Source: a virus
Lineage: Duplodnaviria; Caudoviricetes
Length of the DNA: 64,000 nt
Strand: one strand, 5' to 3'
Virus record (IMG/VR): IMGVR_UViG_3300042366_000756
Span: 26,368-90,367 of that record
The notes beneath the pieces were generated by a model. It did no database searches. It was not told the DNA's origin and was given only the letters and a program-made list of their open reading frames with translations. The translations under genes were made by a program, and so were the position numbers. Position 1 is the stretch's first letter, and the number at the start of each line of letters is the position of its first letter. Of this stretch, positions 45,080 through 55,102 are shown piece after piece.

Positions 45080-45504
45080 TGCCAGATCAAGGAATTAAAA
45101 AGGTTATAATAAAAAAGGCATCTTTGCCACCATTAGACCATAATAAAATTGGATATGTTTTTAGATATAGGATTATTTCCGAAGATAAGAATAGAACGTC
45201 TCAATGGTCTCCAATAAATCTTGTATTGGATGACTCAATTACCACCGTTACTGGAGCAGTACAGGTCTCATCATCAATTATTAGTGCCGTTTGGGGAGAT
45301 GAAATAAATAGACCAAAATATGATATTTTTGTTGGATTTGATGGTGTTACAGCAACCTATCACGGAACAACGCCAATCCACTCGTATCAATTTATTAAAA
45401 CTGGTACTACAAATGTACGTGTAATTGTTCAAGTTGAATCATCTGAAAAAACACTAAATGCCAATTTGCAAATATACAACTCTGGCTTAGTTTCTTTGGT
45501 ATAA
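45079..45504 (+). CDS. Minor tail protein (hypothetical)
   Basis: TAATG coupling; FRYRIISED..SQWSP motif. Confidence 0.55.
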   Translation: MPDQGIKKVIIKKASLPPLDHNKIGYVFRYRIISEDKNRTSQWSPINLVLDDSITTVTGAVQVSSSIISAVWGDEINRPKYDIFVGFDGVTATYHGTTPIHSYQFIKTGTTNVRVIVQVESSEKTLNANLQIYNSGLVSLV

Positions 45505-45505
45505 T
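45497..45505 (+). promoter_or_regulatory. Extended -10 promoter overlapping a stop codon
   Basis: TGGTATAAT upstream of the AGGAGG SD. Confidence 0.55.
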
Positions 45506-45521
45506 AAAATAGGAGGAATAA

Positions 45522-45962
45522 ATGGCTAAAGTACCACTACCAGAAAGAGGGCAACCTCTTGATGTTACATATTTATATCAGTTAGTTGAAGCGGTAAATG
45601 ATCTATCTACACAGGTCGCTTCTAAACTAACAAATAATACTGTTATTGATACAGCAAGCGCAGGCAAGAAAGATGTAAAAACATCTAATGCAAGAATTGT
45701 TGGTGGTTTAGTTGAAGTGGCAAATAACTCAACAGTTTCAGCAGGAAATGAAAAAACTTTTACTTATGACTTTAAAGATTTTAAGTATCCACCAATTGTT
45801 TCAGCAACACCAGTTAACACTGGTCAAACTCCAGCAGGACAGAATGTAAATATTATTTTAAAAAATGTTACGGAGACAAGGGTTGAAGGTGTTGTAAGGT
45901 TTGGCACTTCAGGAGATTTATCTTTATCTGTACATTTAATTATTATTGGTATCCCAAATTGA
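45522..45962 (+). CDS. Minor tail protein with gp53/H-lectin-like C-terminus
   Basis: F..F..PPIVSATP motif; strong SD. Confidence 0.5.
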   Translation: MAKVPLPERGQPLDVTYLYQLVEAVNDLSTQVASKLTNNTVIDTASAGKKDVKTSNARIVGGLVEVANNSTVSAGNEKTFTYDFKDFKYPPIVSATPVNTGQTPAGQNVNIILKNVTETRVEGVVRFGTSGDLSLSVHLIIIGIPN

Positions 45963-45974
45963 GGATAAAATTTA

Positions 45975-46166
45975 GTGATTGTTTGTAAAAAATGTAATGG
46001 AAAAGTCTTTGTTGATAGACAATACACTAGCATTCAACACATAGAGACATATTGCATAGGATGCGGATTGAGAAAATTTTTTCATCCTCCAAAAGAAAGC
46101 GAAGAAGGTAGATGGCTACTAGCAAAGGAAACATTGAGAGCCAAAAATACAATAACGAGACTGTAA
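45975..46166 (+). CDS. Zinc-ribbon protein
   Basis: CKKC..CIGC; GTG start after GAGG. Confidence 0.6.
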   Translation: MIVCKKCNGKVFVDRQYTSIQHIETYCIGCGLRKFFHPPKESEEGRWLLAKETLRAKNTITRL

Positions 46167-46654
46167 TAGAAGGTAATAAAAAAATATGGTTTGTTAATGG
46201 GGACTTGGTAAGATTACATCATAGTTCAAGGTCTACTGGAATGGTTTCTGTTTATAATATTACTAAAGATAGAATTGAAACTTGTTTACGATCTGATTTT
46301 AGAAAAAACAGAGAACGTGCATACACAGTTGTAGAGACTGCTAAATTAATTAATCGTCATAGAAAGTATATGCCCAAATTAATTAAAACTGGAGTTATTC
46401 CACCACCAGTTGGAGCAAAATTAAATGGAGAGCGTGGGTTTAGAATAAGATCTTATTATTCAGAAAGCACGGTAAGGGACATACGTGCTATACTGGCTAC
46501 TATACATATAGGACAACCAAGAAAAGATGGACTTATAACAAATAATATGACTCCTACAAGCCAAGAGTTGACACGGCGAATGGGGGACGGTATACTTACA
46601 TATACGAAGACAGAAGATGGAAGATTTATTCCTGTTTGGGCAGAGAACATTTAA
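46112..46654 (+). CDS. HTH DNA-binding protein (MerR/excisionase-like HTH)
   Basis: AYTVVETAKLINRHRKYMPKLIKTGVIPPP..RSYYSESTV. Confidence 0.55.
   Translation: MATSKGNIESQKYNNETVIEGNKKIWFVNGDLVRLHHSSRSTGMVSVYNITKDRIETCLRSDFRKNRERAYTVVETAKLINRHRKYMPKLIKTGVIPPPVGAKLNGERGFRIRSYYSESTVRDIRAILATIHIGQPRKDGLITNNMTPTSQELTRRMGDGILTYTKTEDGRFIPVWAENI
46568..46596 (+). promoter_or_regulatory. Near-consensus promoter inside the HTH gene, facing the helicase/primase operon
   Basis: TTGACA-N17-TATACT. Confidence 0.65.
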
Positions 46655-46673
46655 TAATAGAAACGGTGGGGTA

Positions 46674-46886
46674 ATGGAAAACGAAAGCACAAAAGTATCA
46701 GTAGCACTTGGGTATACACTTAATCTGGGCAATTTTCAGTCATTAAGGTTTGATTTTGGAGTAGTTGACTCTAAGCGTAATGATGAAAACACAGAGCAGG
46801 CTTTTGAAAGAATTTATAAATTTGTTGAAGACAAATTAACAGAAAAAGTCAAAGAAGCCGAAACAGAGGCTGACAGTAGTAACTAA
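46674..46886 (+). CDS. Small hypothetical protein
   Basis: TLNLGNFQSLRFD motif; GGTGGGG SD. Confidence 0.65.
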   Translation: MENESTKVSVALGYTLNLGNFQSLRFDFGVVDSKRNDENTEQAFERIYKFVEDKLTEKVKEAETEADSSN

Positions 46887-47194
46887 TGGCTGAACGCAAA
46901 GACCGTATGGCTTTGCTAAGTAGATACAATAAGTTACATCTACAAAGATATGAAGCCAAAAGTAATATGAATCTTAATGTTGAGCAATGGGCATCTGATG
47001 CTCTTGTTGAGTCCTACGGTATTTCTCAATGCTATGATTTATTAGATTATTATTTTAAAATAGCAGAAAATCCTACTTGGAATTATTTTGCATATAATGC
47101 AGAGAAAATTCTTAATGGTAAAATAGAAGTAGAGCAAGATATTAAAGAACGAGAAGAACGAAGAAAATTAGCAAGGAGGTGGATTAGTGAATAA
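46886..47194 (+). CDS. Hypothetical protein upstream of helicase
   Basis: TAATG coupling; overlaps the dnaB start. Confidence 0.65.
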   Translation: MAERKDRMALLSRYNKLHLQRYEAKSNMNLNVEQWASDALVESYGISQCYDLLDYYFKIAENPTWNYFAYNAEKILNGKIEVEQDIKEREERRKLARRWISE

Positions 47195-48413
47195 TACAGA
47201 AGCAAAATTAATAACTGCAGTATTGAATGATAAACAAGTCCACGTATTGTTGCAAGCAAATGTTGATAATCTTTTAAGAACTCACAATGACGTGTGGGAT
47301 TTTATTAGACTATACTCAGAAAATAATCAATCAGTTCCACCAGTATCTTTAGTTGTAGAAAAATTTAGAGACTTTGTACCAGTAGAAGGTGTTGGTGCAA
47401 CAAAGCATCACCTTGAAGAATTACAAACTGAATATTTAAATGATAGCCTTAAGGATATCTTGCGTAACGCAGCATCTGAAGTTCAAGGCGGTAACGGATC
47501 AAAGGCTCTTGAACATATCATTACAAAAACATCAGAACTAAAAAAGAATACTGCTGCAATAAGAGATATTGAAGTAACAGATCTTGAGTCAGCAATTGCA
47601 TACTTTGAAAATGTAAAGCAAATGCAAAGCCTAGGTCATATTGGAATTAAAACAGGTTTGCCAGGGTTTGATAATTACTTGCCTTCTGGAATCATGCCAG
47701 GACAACTAGGAGTGTTTCTTGCATATCCAGGTATTGGAAAGTCTTGGTTAGCCCTGTACTTCGCTGTACAGGCTTGGAAACAGGGTCGTAGCCCACTCAT
47801 CATAAGTCTTGAAATGTCTGAGACAGAAGTTCGTAACCGTGTATTTGCAATTATGGGTGAAGGCCTATGGTCTCATCGTAAACTTAGCAATGGCGAAGTA
47901 GAAATTGATATGCTTAAAAAGTGGCATGCAGATAAACTAGAAGGCAAACCAGAGTTTCACATTATTTCTAATGACAACGGTGGAGATCTAACTCCTTCAG
48001 TTATACGTGGAAAAATTGATCAATACAAACCAGACTTTGTTGTTGTTGATTATTTACAATTAATGTCACCAAATCAAAAGGCTGACAGCGAGACGGTACG
48101 TATGAAAAACCTTTCACGAGAACTTAAACTAATGTGTATTAGTGAAGAGGTTCCAATCATTGCTATTTCATCTGCTACTCCAGATGACGTTAAGGATCTT
48201 TCTACCCCGCCAACTTTAGGACAAACTGCTTGGTCAAGACAAATTGCTTATGATGCTGACTGGGTAATGGCTTTAGGTCGTGCTGCTAATAGTGATATTA
48301 TTGAGTGCGTATTTAGAAAAAATAGAAATGGTTTCATGGGAGACTTTTTAGTTCAGGTAGATTTTGATAGAGGATACTATCGTTACAAAGATTATGAGGA
48401 TAAGAATGGTTAA
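47187..48413 (+). CDS. dnaB: Replicative DnaB-like helicase
   Basis: AYPGIGKS Walker A, ISLEM, VVDYLQLM, RQIAYDAD and KNRNG motifs. Confidence 0.9.
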   Translation: MNNTEAKLITAVLNDKQVHVLLQANVDNLLRTHNDVWDFIRLYSENNQSVPPVSLVVEKFRDFVPVEGVGATKHHLEELQTEYLNDSLKDILRNAASEVQGGNGSKALEHIITKTSELKKNTAAIRDIEVTDLESAIAYFENVKQMQSLGHIGIKTGLPGFDNYLPSGIMPGQLGVFLAYPGIGKSWLALYFAVQAWKQGRSPLIISLEMSETEVRNRVFAIMGEGLWSHRKLSNGEVEIDMLKKWHADKLEGKPEFHIISNDNGGDLTPSVIRGKIDQYKPDFVVVDYLQLMSPNQKADSETVRMKNLSRELKLMCISEEVPIIAISSATPDDVKDLSTPPTLGQTAWSRQIAYDADWVMALGRAANSDIIECVFRKNRNGFMGDFLVQVDFDRGYYRYKDYEDKNG

Positions 48414-49329
48414 AGATTCTTATACAGCAGAGCAGGTTCTTCGTGTCTTAACTGGTGCGGGTATTGACATTGAGGCTGAATATGGAACAGACTATATTAT
48501 ATTTTGTCCATACCACAATAACAATAGAACTCCTGCTGGCGAAGTATCAAAAGAACACGGATTGTTTTTTTGCTTTGGATGTCAAACCACAAAGACTCTT
48601 ATTGAGTTTGTAATGCATATATCTAATAGAACATACTTTGAGGCAATAAGATATATTAAAAGTAAAGAGCAAGAAACAAGCATTGAAACATCAGTAAACA
48701 AAGCATTATTGAGTAAGCCAGAGTTTGTTCAATATGATGAACTATTAATTAAAAGATTAAATAATCAGGCACTTGAATCTCCAAGAGCAATTAGATATTA
48801 TGAAGGTAGAAAAATAACAAAAGACTCAGTAATAAAATTTAATCTTGGATATTCAGAAAAACAAGATTCAGTTACAATTCCAGTACATTCTCCAGACGGC
48901 ATGTGTATTGGATTTGTTGCTAGAACAGTTGAGGGTAAGGAATTTAAAAATACACCTGGTTTGCCAAAAGGTAAAACATTATTTAATTTACATAGAATAA
49001 AAAGTTCAGGTATTGTATATGTAGTAGAGTCTTCTTTTGATGCAATTAGGTTAGATCAGGTAGGATTCCCTGCGGTTGCCACGCTGGGTGCTAATGTTTC
49101 TGCAGCACAGATAAAACTATTAGAGAAGTACTTTAATAGTATTGTTTTAATTGCAGACAACGATGATGCAGGAATAATAATGAGAGATAAGTTAATTCAA
49201 AGACTTGGACCTGTTGTTACTTCTGTGTATATAGATAAAAAATATAAAGATATAGGCGACATGGATGATGATGCAATTAAAAAACTGGAGTTTCAGTTTG
49301 ACAATTCTATCACCAGTATGTTAAGATAG
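48406..49329 (+). CDS. dnaG: DNA primase (Zn finger + TOPRIM)
   Basis: CPYH..CFGC, VVESSFDA and DNDDAG motifs. Confidence 0.85.
   Translation: MVKDSYTAEQVLRVLTGAGIDIEAEYGTDYIIFCPYHNNNRTPAGEVSKEHGLFFCFGCQTTKTLIEFVMHISNRTYFEAIRYIKSKEQETSIETSVNKALLSKPEFVQYDELLIKRLNNQALESPRAIRYYEGRKITKDSVIKFNLGYSEKQDSVTIPVHSPDGMCIGFVARTVEGKEFKNTPGLPKGKTLFNLHRIKSSGIVYVVESSFDAIRLDQVGFPAVATLGANVSAAQIKLLEKYFNSIVLIADNDDAGIIMRDKLIQRLGPVVTSVYIDKKYKDIGDMDDDAIKKLEFQFDNSITSMLR
49298..49327 (+). promoter_or_regulatory. Promoter in the primase 3' end for SSB/dnaE
   Basis: TTGACA-N18-TAAGAT with TG extension. Confidence 0.6.
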
Positions 49330-49355
49330 ATAAAACACAAAGGAGAAAAAATAAT

Positions 49356-50012
49356 ATGACTATTGTAAAGGGACTAAAAAACATTAATGCCCTAGTTGAC
49401 AAGCCAAAGTATGATGAAAACTCTCCAAAGGTAAGATGGTTAAAACTTGCCGATGGACAATCCGCAAAAATTAGATTCGTTGAAGAACTTGACGAAGACT
49501 CTGCAAATTATAACGCAGAACGTGGTTTAGCACTTGTTGTTAAAGAACACACAAATCCAAAAGACTACAAGCGCAAGGCTGTAGATACCATGGAATCAGA
49601 AGGCCGTGACTGGGCTGAAGAAATGCATCGCAAGGATCCAAAGGCTGGCTGGAGAGCACGTCTTCGTTTTTATTGCAACGTACTTGTAGATGATGGAATT
49701 GAAGAGCCATATGTGGCTATTTGGTCAATGGGCGTAAGCAAGCAATCTGCATTTAATACTATTCGTGAATACGCACTGGAAACGGGCAGTATTTCAAATC
49801 TTACATGGAAAGTGAAGCGTAATGGTCAGGGAACTGAAACAAGTTACACACTTATTCCATCTGCACCAGACAAAGAGCCTTTTGACTGGACAACACAAAA
49901 GCCATATGCTCTTGAGTTAGCATTAAAGAAAATTCCTTATGCTGAACAAGAAGCATTCTATTTGGGGTTTGACACTCCATCCGTAACTTCATCAACCAAC
50001 ACAGATTGGTAA
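49356..50012 (+). CDS. Single-stranded DNA-binding protein (phage gp32-like)
   Basis: WLKLADGQSAKIRF..KVKRNGQGTETSYTL; acidic/aromatic C-terminus; lies between primase and polymerase. Confidence 0.65.
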   Translation: MTIVKGLKNINALVDKPKYDENSPKVRWLKLADGQSAKIRFVEELDEDSANYNAERGLALVVKEHTNPKDYKRKAVDTMESEGRDWAEEMHRKDPKAGWRARLRFYCNVLVDDGIEEPYVAIWSMGVSKQSAFNTIREYALETGSISNLTWKVKRNGQGTETSYTLIPSAPDKEPFDWTTQKPYALELALKKIPYAEQEAFYLGFDTPSVTSSTNTDW

Positions 50013-50013
50013 T

Positions 50014-53000
50014 ATGAACTACGCAGGCTTACATGTTCATACTCACTACTCCCTATTTGACGGCATAGCAACTCCACAAGAGTATGTAGACCGTGCTAGC
50101 AAGTTGGGTATGAACGCTCTTGCAATTACAGATCACGGTTCACTTTCTGGTCACAGAGAGTTTTACCGTTCTGCAAAAGAAAAGGGTATTAAGCCAATAC
50201 TTGGTCTAGAAGGATATATGTGTGCAGACATATCAGATAAAAGAGATAAGTCTGAAAGAACAGGTCAACAAGATCTTGTTTATAATCATATTATCCTTCT
50301 AGCCAAGAACCAAAAAGGTTTAGAAAATCTTAACAAGATTAGTGAAATAGCATGGACAGATGGATTTTTTAAAAAGCCAAGGTTTGATTTTGAAATTCTT
50401 CAAAAATATAAAGAAGGAATAATCGTAACATCTGCTTGTCCTAGCAGCGTTATCGTTAAGGCATTAGAAGAGCAGGAATTTGCACTTGCTAAAAAACACA
50501 TTGGGTGGTTTAAAGATAACTTTGGTAGCGACTACTACATTGAGGTTATGCCACACAATACACCAGAAATAAATAAATACCTTATTGATCTTGCCGATGA
50601 ATTTAATATTAAGGTTGTAGTTACGCCAGATTGTCATCACGCTGATGAATCACAAAAGTATATTCAAGAGTTTAAACTTTTAATGAATACTCACGCTAAA
50701 GTACAAAAAGATACCACATATGCAAAATCTAAAAAAATTGATTCTATGATGGAACGCCTTGACTATCTTTATGGAGAAGATCGTCAGATAACATTTAACA
50801 AATTTGACATTCACTTACTTTCTTATGAAGAAATTAAAGCAGCAATGGAAAAACAGGGTATTGACAGAGAAGATATATACTCAAACACACTATTGCTAGC
50901 AAAGACAGTAGAAGACTATGATATTAAAGATGGTCTTGATTTGCTTCCAGTTCAATATAAAAATCCAGACCAAGAGTTGGCAAACTTAGCATTTGCTTCT
51001 TTAGAACAAAAAAGATTAAATCCTAACTGGCTTGGTAATGACATTTATGAAGTTCGTTTAATGGAAGAACTTGAAATTATTCGTGATAAAAACTTTGCAC
51101 CATATTTCTTAGTAGTTCAAAATATGATTGCTTGGGCAAAGAAAGAAGGCATTATGGTAGGTCCAGGTCGTGGATCTTCTGCTGGTTCTTTGGTTTGTTA
51201 TCTTCTTGGTATTACGGATGTTGATCCAATAAAGCATGGACTTTTATTCTTTCGTTTTATTAATCCAGAACGTAATGACTTTCCTGACATTGATACAGAC
51301 ATTCAAGATACTCGTCGTGATGAAGTAAAAGATTATTTAGTTAGACAGTATAGGCACGTAGCATCTATTGCAACGTTTCTTCAATTTAAAGATAAAGGTG
51401 TTGTACGAGATGTTGCACGAGTTTTAGATATTCCACTTACAGATGTAAATAAGGTATTAAAACTTGTTGACACATGGGATGAATTTTGTAGTTCTAAAAA
51501 TACACTTTGGTTTAGAGAAAAATATCCAGAAGTAGAAATCTATGGAGATCAATTACGTGGACGAATTAGAGGAACTGGAATTCACGCTGCTGGAGTTGTC
51601 ACTAGTAAAAATCCTATTTTTAGGTATGCACCTTTAGAAACTCGCTCTTCACCTGGATCTGATGAGCGTATCCCAGTTGTTGGTATTGATATGGGAGAGG
51701 CCGAAAAGATTGGTCTTATTAAAATTGATGCACTTGGACTTAAAACTTTAAGTGTAGTAAAAGACTGTATTGATATGATTAAAGAAAATCATTATAAAGA
51801 TATTGATCTTTTATCTATTGATATGGCGGACTCAAAAGTTTACGAAATGCTTTCAGATGGTTATACAAAAGGTGTTTTTCAGTGTGAGGCAACACCATAT
51901 ACAAACCTTTTAGTTAAAATGGGAGTAAAGAATTTTAATGAGTTAGCAGCATCTAACGCACTAGTTCGTCCAGGCGCTATGAATACTATTGGTAAAGATT
52001 ATATTGCTCGTAAACACGGTAAACAAAATGTTTCCTATATTCATCAAACTATGAAAGAATTTACAAGTGATACATATGGGTGTATTCTATATCAGGAACA
52101 GGTTATGCAGGCTTGTGTTTATCTTGGTGGAATGACAATGGCAGAGGCAGACAAGGTTCGTAAGATTATTGGAAAGAAAAAAGATGCAAAAGAATTCAAT
52201 ATATTTCAAGATAGGTTTGTTGCTGGGGCGAGTAAGTACATATCTCCTAATAAAGCCTTGGACCTTTGGCATGACTTTGAAGAGCATGCGGGTTACTCGT
52301 TTAACAAGAGTCACGCAGTTGCTTACTCTACTCTCTCGTATTGGACGGCGTGGTTAAAATATTACTACCCTCTTGAGTTTATGTTTGCCCTTCTTAAAAA
52401 TGAAAAAGATAAAGATGGAAGAACAGAATATTTAATTGAAGCAAAACGTATGGGTATATCAATTAAACTACCTCATATTAATGATTCAGACCTAGACTTT
52501 AAAATTGAAGGTAAGGGTATTCGTTTTGGATTAACTGGAATTAAGTTTATTTCAAATAATATTGCACAAAAATATATTGATGCAAGACCTTTTAATAGTT
52601 ATAAACAACTTGAAGAGTTTACCTTTACAAAGGGTAATGGCGTAAACAGTAGAGCATTAAATGCACTTAGGTTAACTGGTGCTGCAACGTTTTCTGATAA
52701 TCCACGTAACGATGAAGATATTAAAGAAAATCTCTATGAGTATTTAAATCTTCCAGAGTTTAATATTTCTATTCCTTCGCACTATTATGCATTTATTCAA
52801 TCAATTGAAGATTTTGAAGAAAAAGGATCATACATTTTAATGGGTATGGTTAAAGCAATTAAACGAGGAAAGGGTTGGTCACGAGTTGAAATTCTGGACA
52901 AAACTGGGAGTGTTGGCATATTTGATGAAGAGTCAACAACTATTGAGACGGGTCGTACTTACTTGGTTCTTGCTAATGACAATAGGATTGTTTCTGCAGT

Positions 53001-53301
53001 TCCTATTGATGAAGTAAAAGGATCATCAAATGCACTTGTTAAATTTTTAGGATACAAACAATTACCTTATAAAGAAGACGAAATGTTTGTTGTTTCATTT
53101 AAATCAAGAATAACAAAGGCTGGAAAAAAAATGGCTTCTTTAACATTAGCCGATACTTCAAGAGATTTGCATTCAGTAACAGTGTTTCCTACTGCATTTC
53201 CAAAAGCATATATGCATATTGAAGAAGGAAAATCGTATAAATTTAGTTTTGGTAAAACCAAAGATGGAACCGTTATAATGGAGGATGTGAATGTCAGTTA
53301 G
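50014..53301 (+). CDS. dnaE: DNA polymerase III alpha subunit (family C)
   Basis: PHP HVHTHYS, ITDHG, GPGRGSSAG, PDIDTD, KIDALGL and YSFNKSH motifs. Confidence 0.95.
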   Translation: MNYAGLHVHTHYSLFDGIATPQEYVDRASKLGMNALAITDHGSLSGHREFYRSAKEKGIKPILGLEGYMCADISDKRDKSERTGQQDLVYNHIILLAKNQKGLENLNKISEIAWTDGFFKKPRFDFEILQKYKEGIIVTSACPSSVIVKALEEQEFALAKKHIGWFKDNFGSDYYIEVMPHNTPEINKYLIDLADEFNIKVVVTPDCHHADESQKYIQEFKLLMNTHAKVQKDTTYAKSKKIDSMMERLDYLYGEDRQITFNKFDIHLLSYEEIKAAMEKQGIDREDIYSNTLLLAKTVEDYDIKDGLDLLPVQYKNPDQELANLAFASLEQKRLNPNWLGNDIYEVRLMEELEIIRDKNFAPYFLVVQNMIAWAKKEGIMVGPGRGSSAGSLVCYLLGITDVDPIKHGLLFFRFINPERNDFPDIDTDIQDTRRDEVKDYLVRQYRHVASIATFLQFKDKGVVRDVARVLDIPLTDVNKVLKLVDTWDEFCSSKNTLWFREKYPEVEIYGDQLRGRIRGTGIHAAGVVTSKNPIFRYAPLETRSSPGSDERIPVVGIDMGEAEKIGLIKIDALGLKTLSVVKDCIDMIKENHYKDIDLLSIDMADSKVYEMLSDGYTKGVFQCEATPYTNLLVKMGVKNFNELAASNALVRPGAMNTIGKDYIARKHGKQNVSYIHQTMKEFTSDTYGCILYQEQVMQACVYLGGMTMAEADKVRKIIGKKKDAKEFNIFQDRFVAGASKYISPNKALDLWHDFEEHAGYSFNKSHAVAYSTLSYWTAWLKYYYPLEFMFALLKNEKDKDGRTEYLIEAKRMGISIKLPHINDSDLDFKIEGKGIRFGLTGIKFISNNIAQKYIDARPFNSYKQLEEFTFTKGNGVNSRALNALRLTGAATFSDNPRNDEDIKENLYEYLNLPEFNISIPSHYYAFIQSIEDFEEKGSYILMGMVKAIKRGKGWSRVEILDKTGSVGIFDEESTTIETGRTYLVLANDNRIVSAVPIDEVKGSSNALVKFLGYKQLPYKEDEMFVVSFKSRITKAGKKMASLTLADTSRDLHSVTVFPTAFPKAYMHIEEGKSYKFSFGKTKDGTVIMEDVNVS

Positions 53302-54304
53302 TGTAGAAGATGTGTTATCTCAATTAGATCCAAGACTTAGAAAACGACTTGGAACTGGCGAAGGTATTAGTTTTGAGTATCAGCCAACACCAAGTTTTGG
53401 ATTAAACCGTGCCCTAGGCGGTGGACTACCATACGGTAGACAAGTCCTAGTATGGGGAAGTAAGTCATCGGCTAAGTCATCTATGTGTTTACAAATGATT
53501 GCTCTAGCCCAAGCAGAAGGCAAGGTTTGTGCGTGGATTGATTCTGAAATGTCATACTCAGAAGATTGGGCTAAAAAACTTGGGGTAGACCCAACAAAGT
53601 TAATTTATTCACAAGCAAGAACTATTAGTGACATGGTAGATGTTGGCGTTGGTCTTATTAATGCTGGTGTTGACTTAATTGTAATTGATTCAATTACTTC
53701 AATGCTTCCTGCCATATACTTTGAAAAAGATTCAGATGAAATGAAGGCTTTGGAAAATACAAAGCAAATTGGAGCAGAGTCTCGTGACTTTAGTAATGCT
53801 TGGAAAATGCTTAATTATGCAAATAATAAAGTTAAGCCAACTCTTTTGGTTCTTATTAGTCAGAGTCGTAACAATATTAATGCTATGTATACTAGCCAGC
53901 AGCCTTCTGGTGGGCAGGCTACCAAGTTCTATTCATCTTGCATTATTAAATTATTTTCCTCTGAGTCTGACAATCAGGCTATCAAAGGTAAGATTAAGGT
54001 TGGCGATAAACTCATTGAAGAAAAGGTTGGTAGAAAGATTCGTTGGGAGTTACAATTTTCTAAAACGTCTCCTGGATTCCAATCTGGGGAATACGATTTC
54101 TATTTCCGTGGAGATGATGTTGGTCTTGACACTATCGGTGATCTTGTTGATACGGCTGAGTCAATTGGCTTAGTAGAAAGAACAGGGGCTTGGTATCTTC
54201 TTCCAGATGGCACAAAGGTTCAGGGTAGAGAAGGTTTTATAAATCGTGTCAGAGAAGATTTAGATTTACAAGAACAAATTAAGGCAAAAATAATTAATGT
54301 CTAA
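53291..54304 (+). CDS. recA: RecA/UvsX-like recombinase
   Basis: LNRALGGGLPYGR, WIDSE, LIVIDS, ISQSR and GGQATKFYSS motifs; Walker A reads GSKSSAKS. Confidence 0.88.
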   Translation: MSVSVEDVLSQLDPRLRKRLGTGEGISFEYQPTPSFGLNRALGGGLPYGRQVLVWGSKSSAKSSMCLQMIALAQAEGKVCAWIDSEMSYSEDWAKKLGVDPTKLIYSQARTISDMVDVGVGLINAGVDLIVIDSITSMLPAIYFEKDSDEMKALENTKQIGAESRDFSNAWKMLNYANNKVKPTLLVLISQSRNNINAMYTSQQPSGGQATKFYSSCIIKLFSSESDNQAIKGKIKVGDKLIEEKVGRKIRWELQFSKTSPGFQSGEYDFYFRGDDVGLDTIGDLVDTAESIGLVERTGAWYLLPDGTKVQGREGFINRVREDLDLQEQIKAKIINV

Positions 54305-54485
54305 TTTAGATTTTACCGTATATCCTGGAAAGTGGCCATGTAAAACTTGTCAAGAAGTTGTAACATCTTTAAGGTATTGGCGAGAAACTGGATACGCAAC
54401 ATGGATGTGTACAAAAAAACACATTTCAAAAGTTAGTTTATTGCCTCCAACAAAGAAGGACTATGAGCGAAAAGAACGAAAGTAA
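54297..54485 (+). CDS. Small Zn-binding protein
   Basis: CKTC..C..H; overlaps both neighbours. Confidence 0.55.
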   Translation: MSNLDFTVYPGKWPCKTCQEVVTSLRYWRETGYATWMCTKKHISKVSLLPPTKKDYERKERK

Positions 54486-54759
54486 AAGAATAGGTGCTAA
54501 GCAGCATAAAAATTCTGGTAGAAATACACAGAAGGGTGATGCAACATGGCGTGAATTTGTTGTTGATTTTAAAGAGGCTAGCAAATCCTTTACATTAAAT
54601 AAAGATGTATGGGCTAAGGCTGTTACTGACTCTATTCAAGCGGGCACAGATAAGTCTCCAGCCATTATTGTAATTCTTGGTGAAGGAAATACAAAGGTAA
54701 GACTTGCTATAATTGAAATGAATATGTTAGAACAATTAACAGAGGAGAAAGATAAATGA
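54463..54759 (+). CDS. Small PD-(D/E)xK nuclease / resolvase-like
   Basis: SG..KGD..VDFKE pattern. Confidence 0.55.
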   Translation: MSEKNESKRIGAKQHKNSGRNTQKGDATWREFVVDFKEASKSFTLNKDVWAKAVTDSIQAGTDKSPAIIVILGEGNTKVRLAIIEMNMLEQLTEEKDK

Positions 54760-55070
54760 GTGAAGCAGGATCACAAAAGACAACGTTAGACATGGTAAAT
54801 GGTTTGACAGAGATTGCAGACTATATGCAAGACGAAGAGTTAACTGTTGCTCTAACCATGATTGCAAAAATTATTATAAAGCCAGATATTCCACTTCAGG
54901 CTGCTAGTCTTGAAATTGTAAGGCTACAGGCTATTGCAGCAAAAATGTCCTTTAAGGCTACCTGGATGGCTAATGTTGACAAATCTGACAGGGCAAAGAA
55001 AAATATATACTTTACAGCAGCACAAGCAATAAACGATTTGGTATCAGCGCTTAAATACATAATGCGCTAA
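54756..55070 (+). CDS. Hypothetical helical protein
   Basis: ATGA overlap; GAGGAG SD. Confidence 0.65.
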   Translation: MSEAGSQKTTLDMVNGLTEIADYMQDEELTVALTMIAKIIIKPDIPLQAASLEIVRLQAIAAKMSFKATWMANVDKSDRAKKNIYFTAAQAINDLVSALKYIMR

Positions 55071-55072
55071 CC

Positions 55073-55081
55073 TGCTATAAT
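55073..55081 (+). promoter_or_regulatory. Extended -10 promoter
   Basis: TGCTATAAT upstream of AAGGA. Confidence 0.6.
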
Positions 55082-55102
55082 TAATATAAACAAAGGATAA
55101 AA

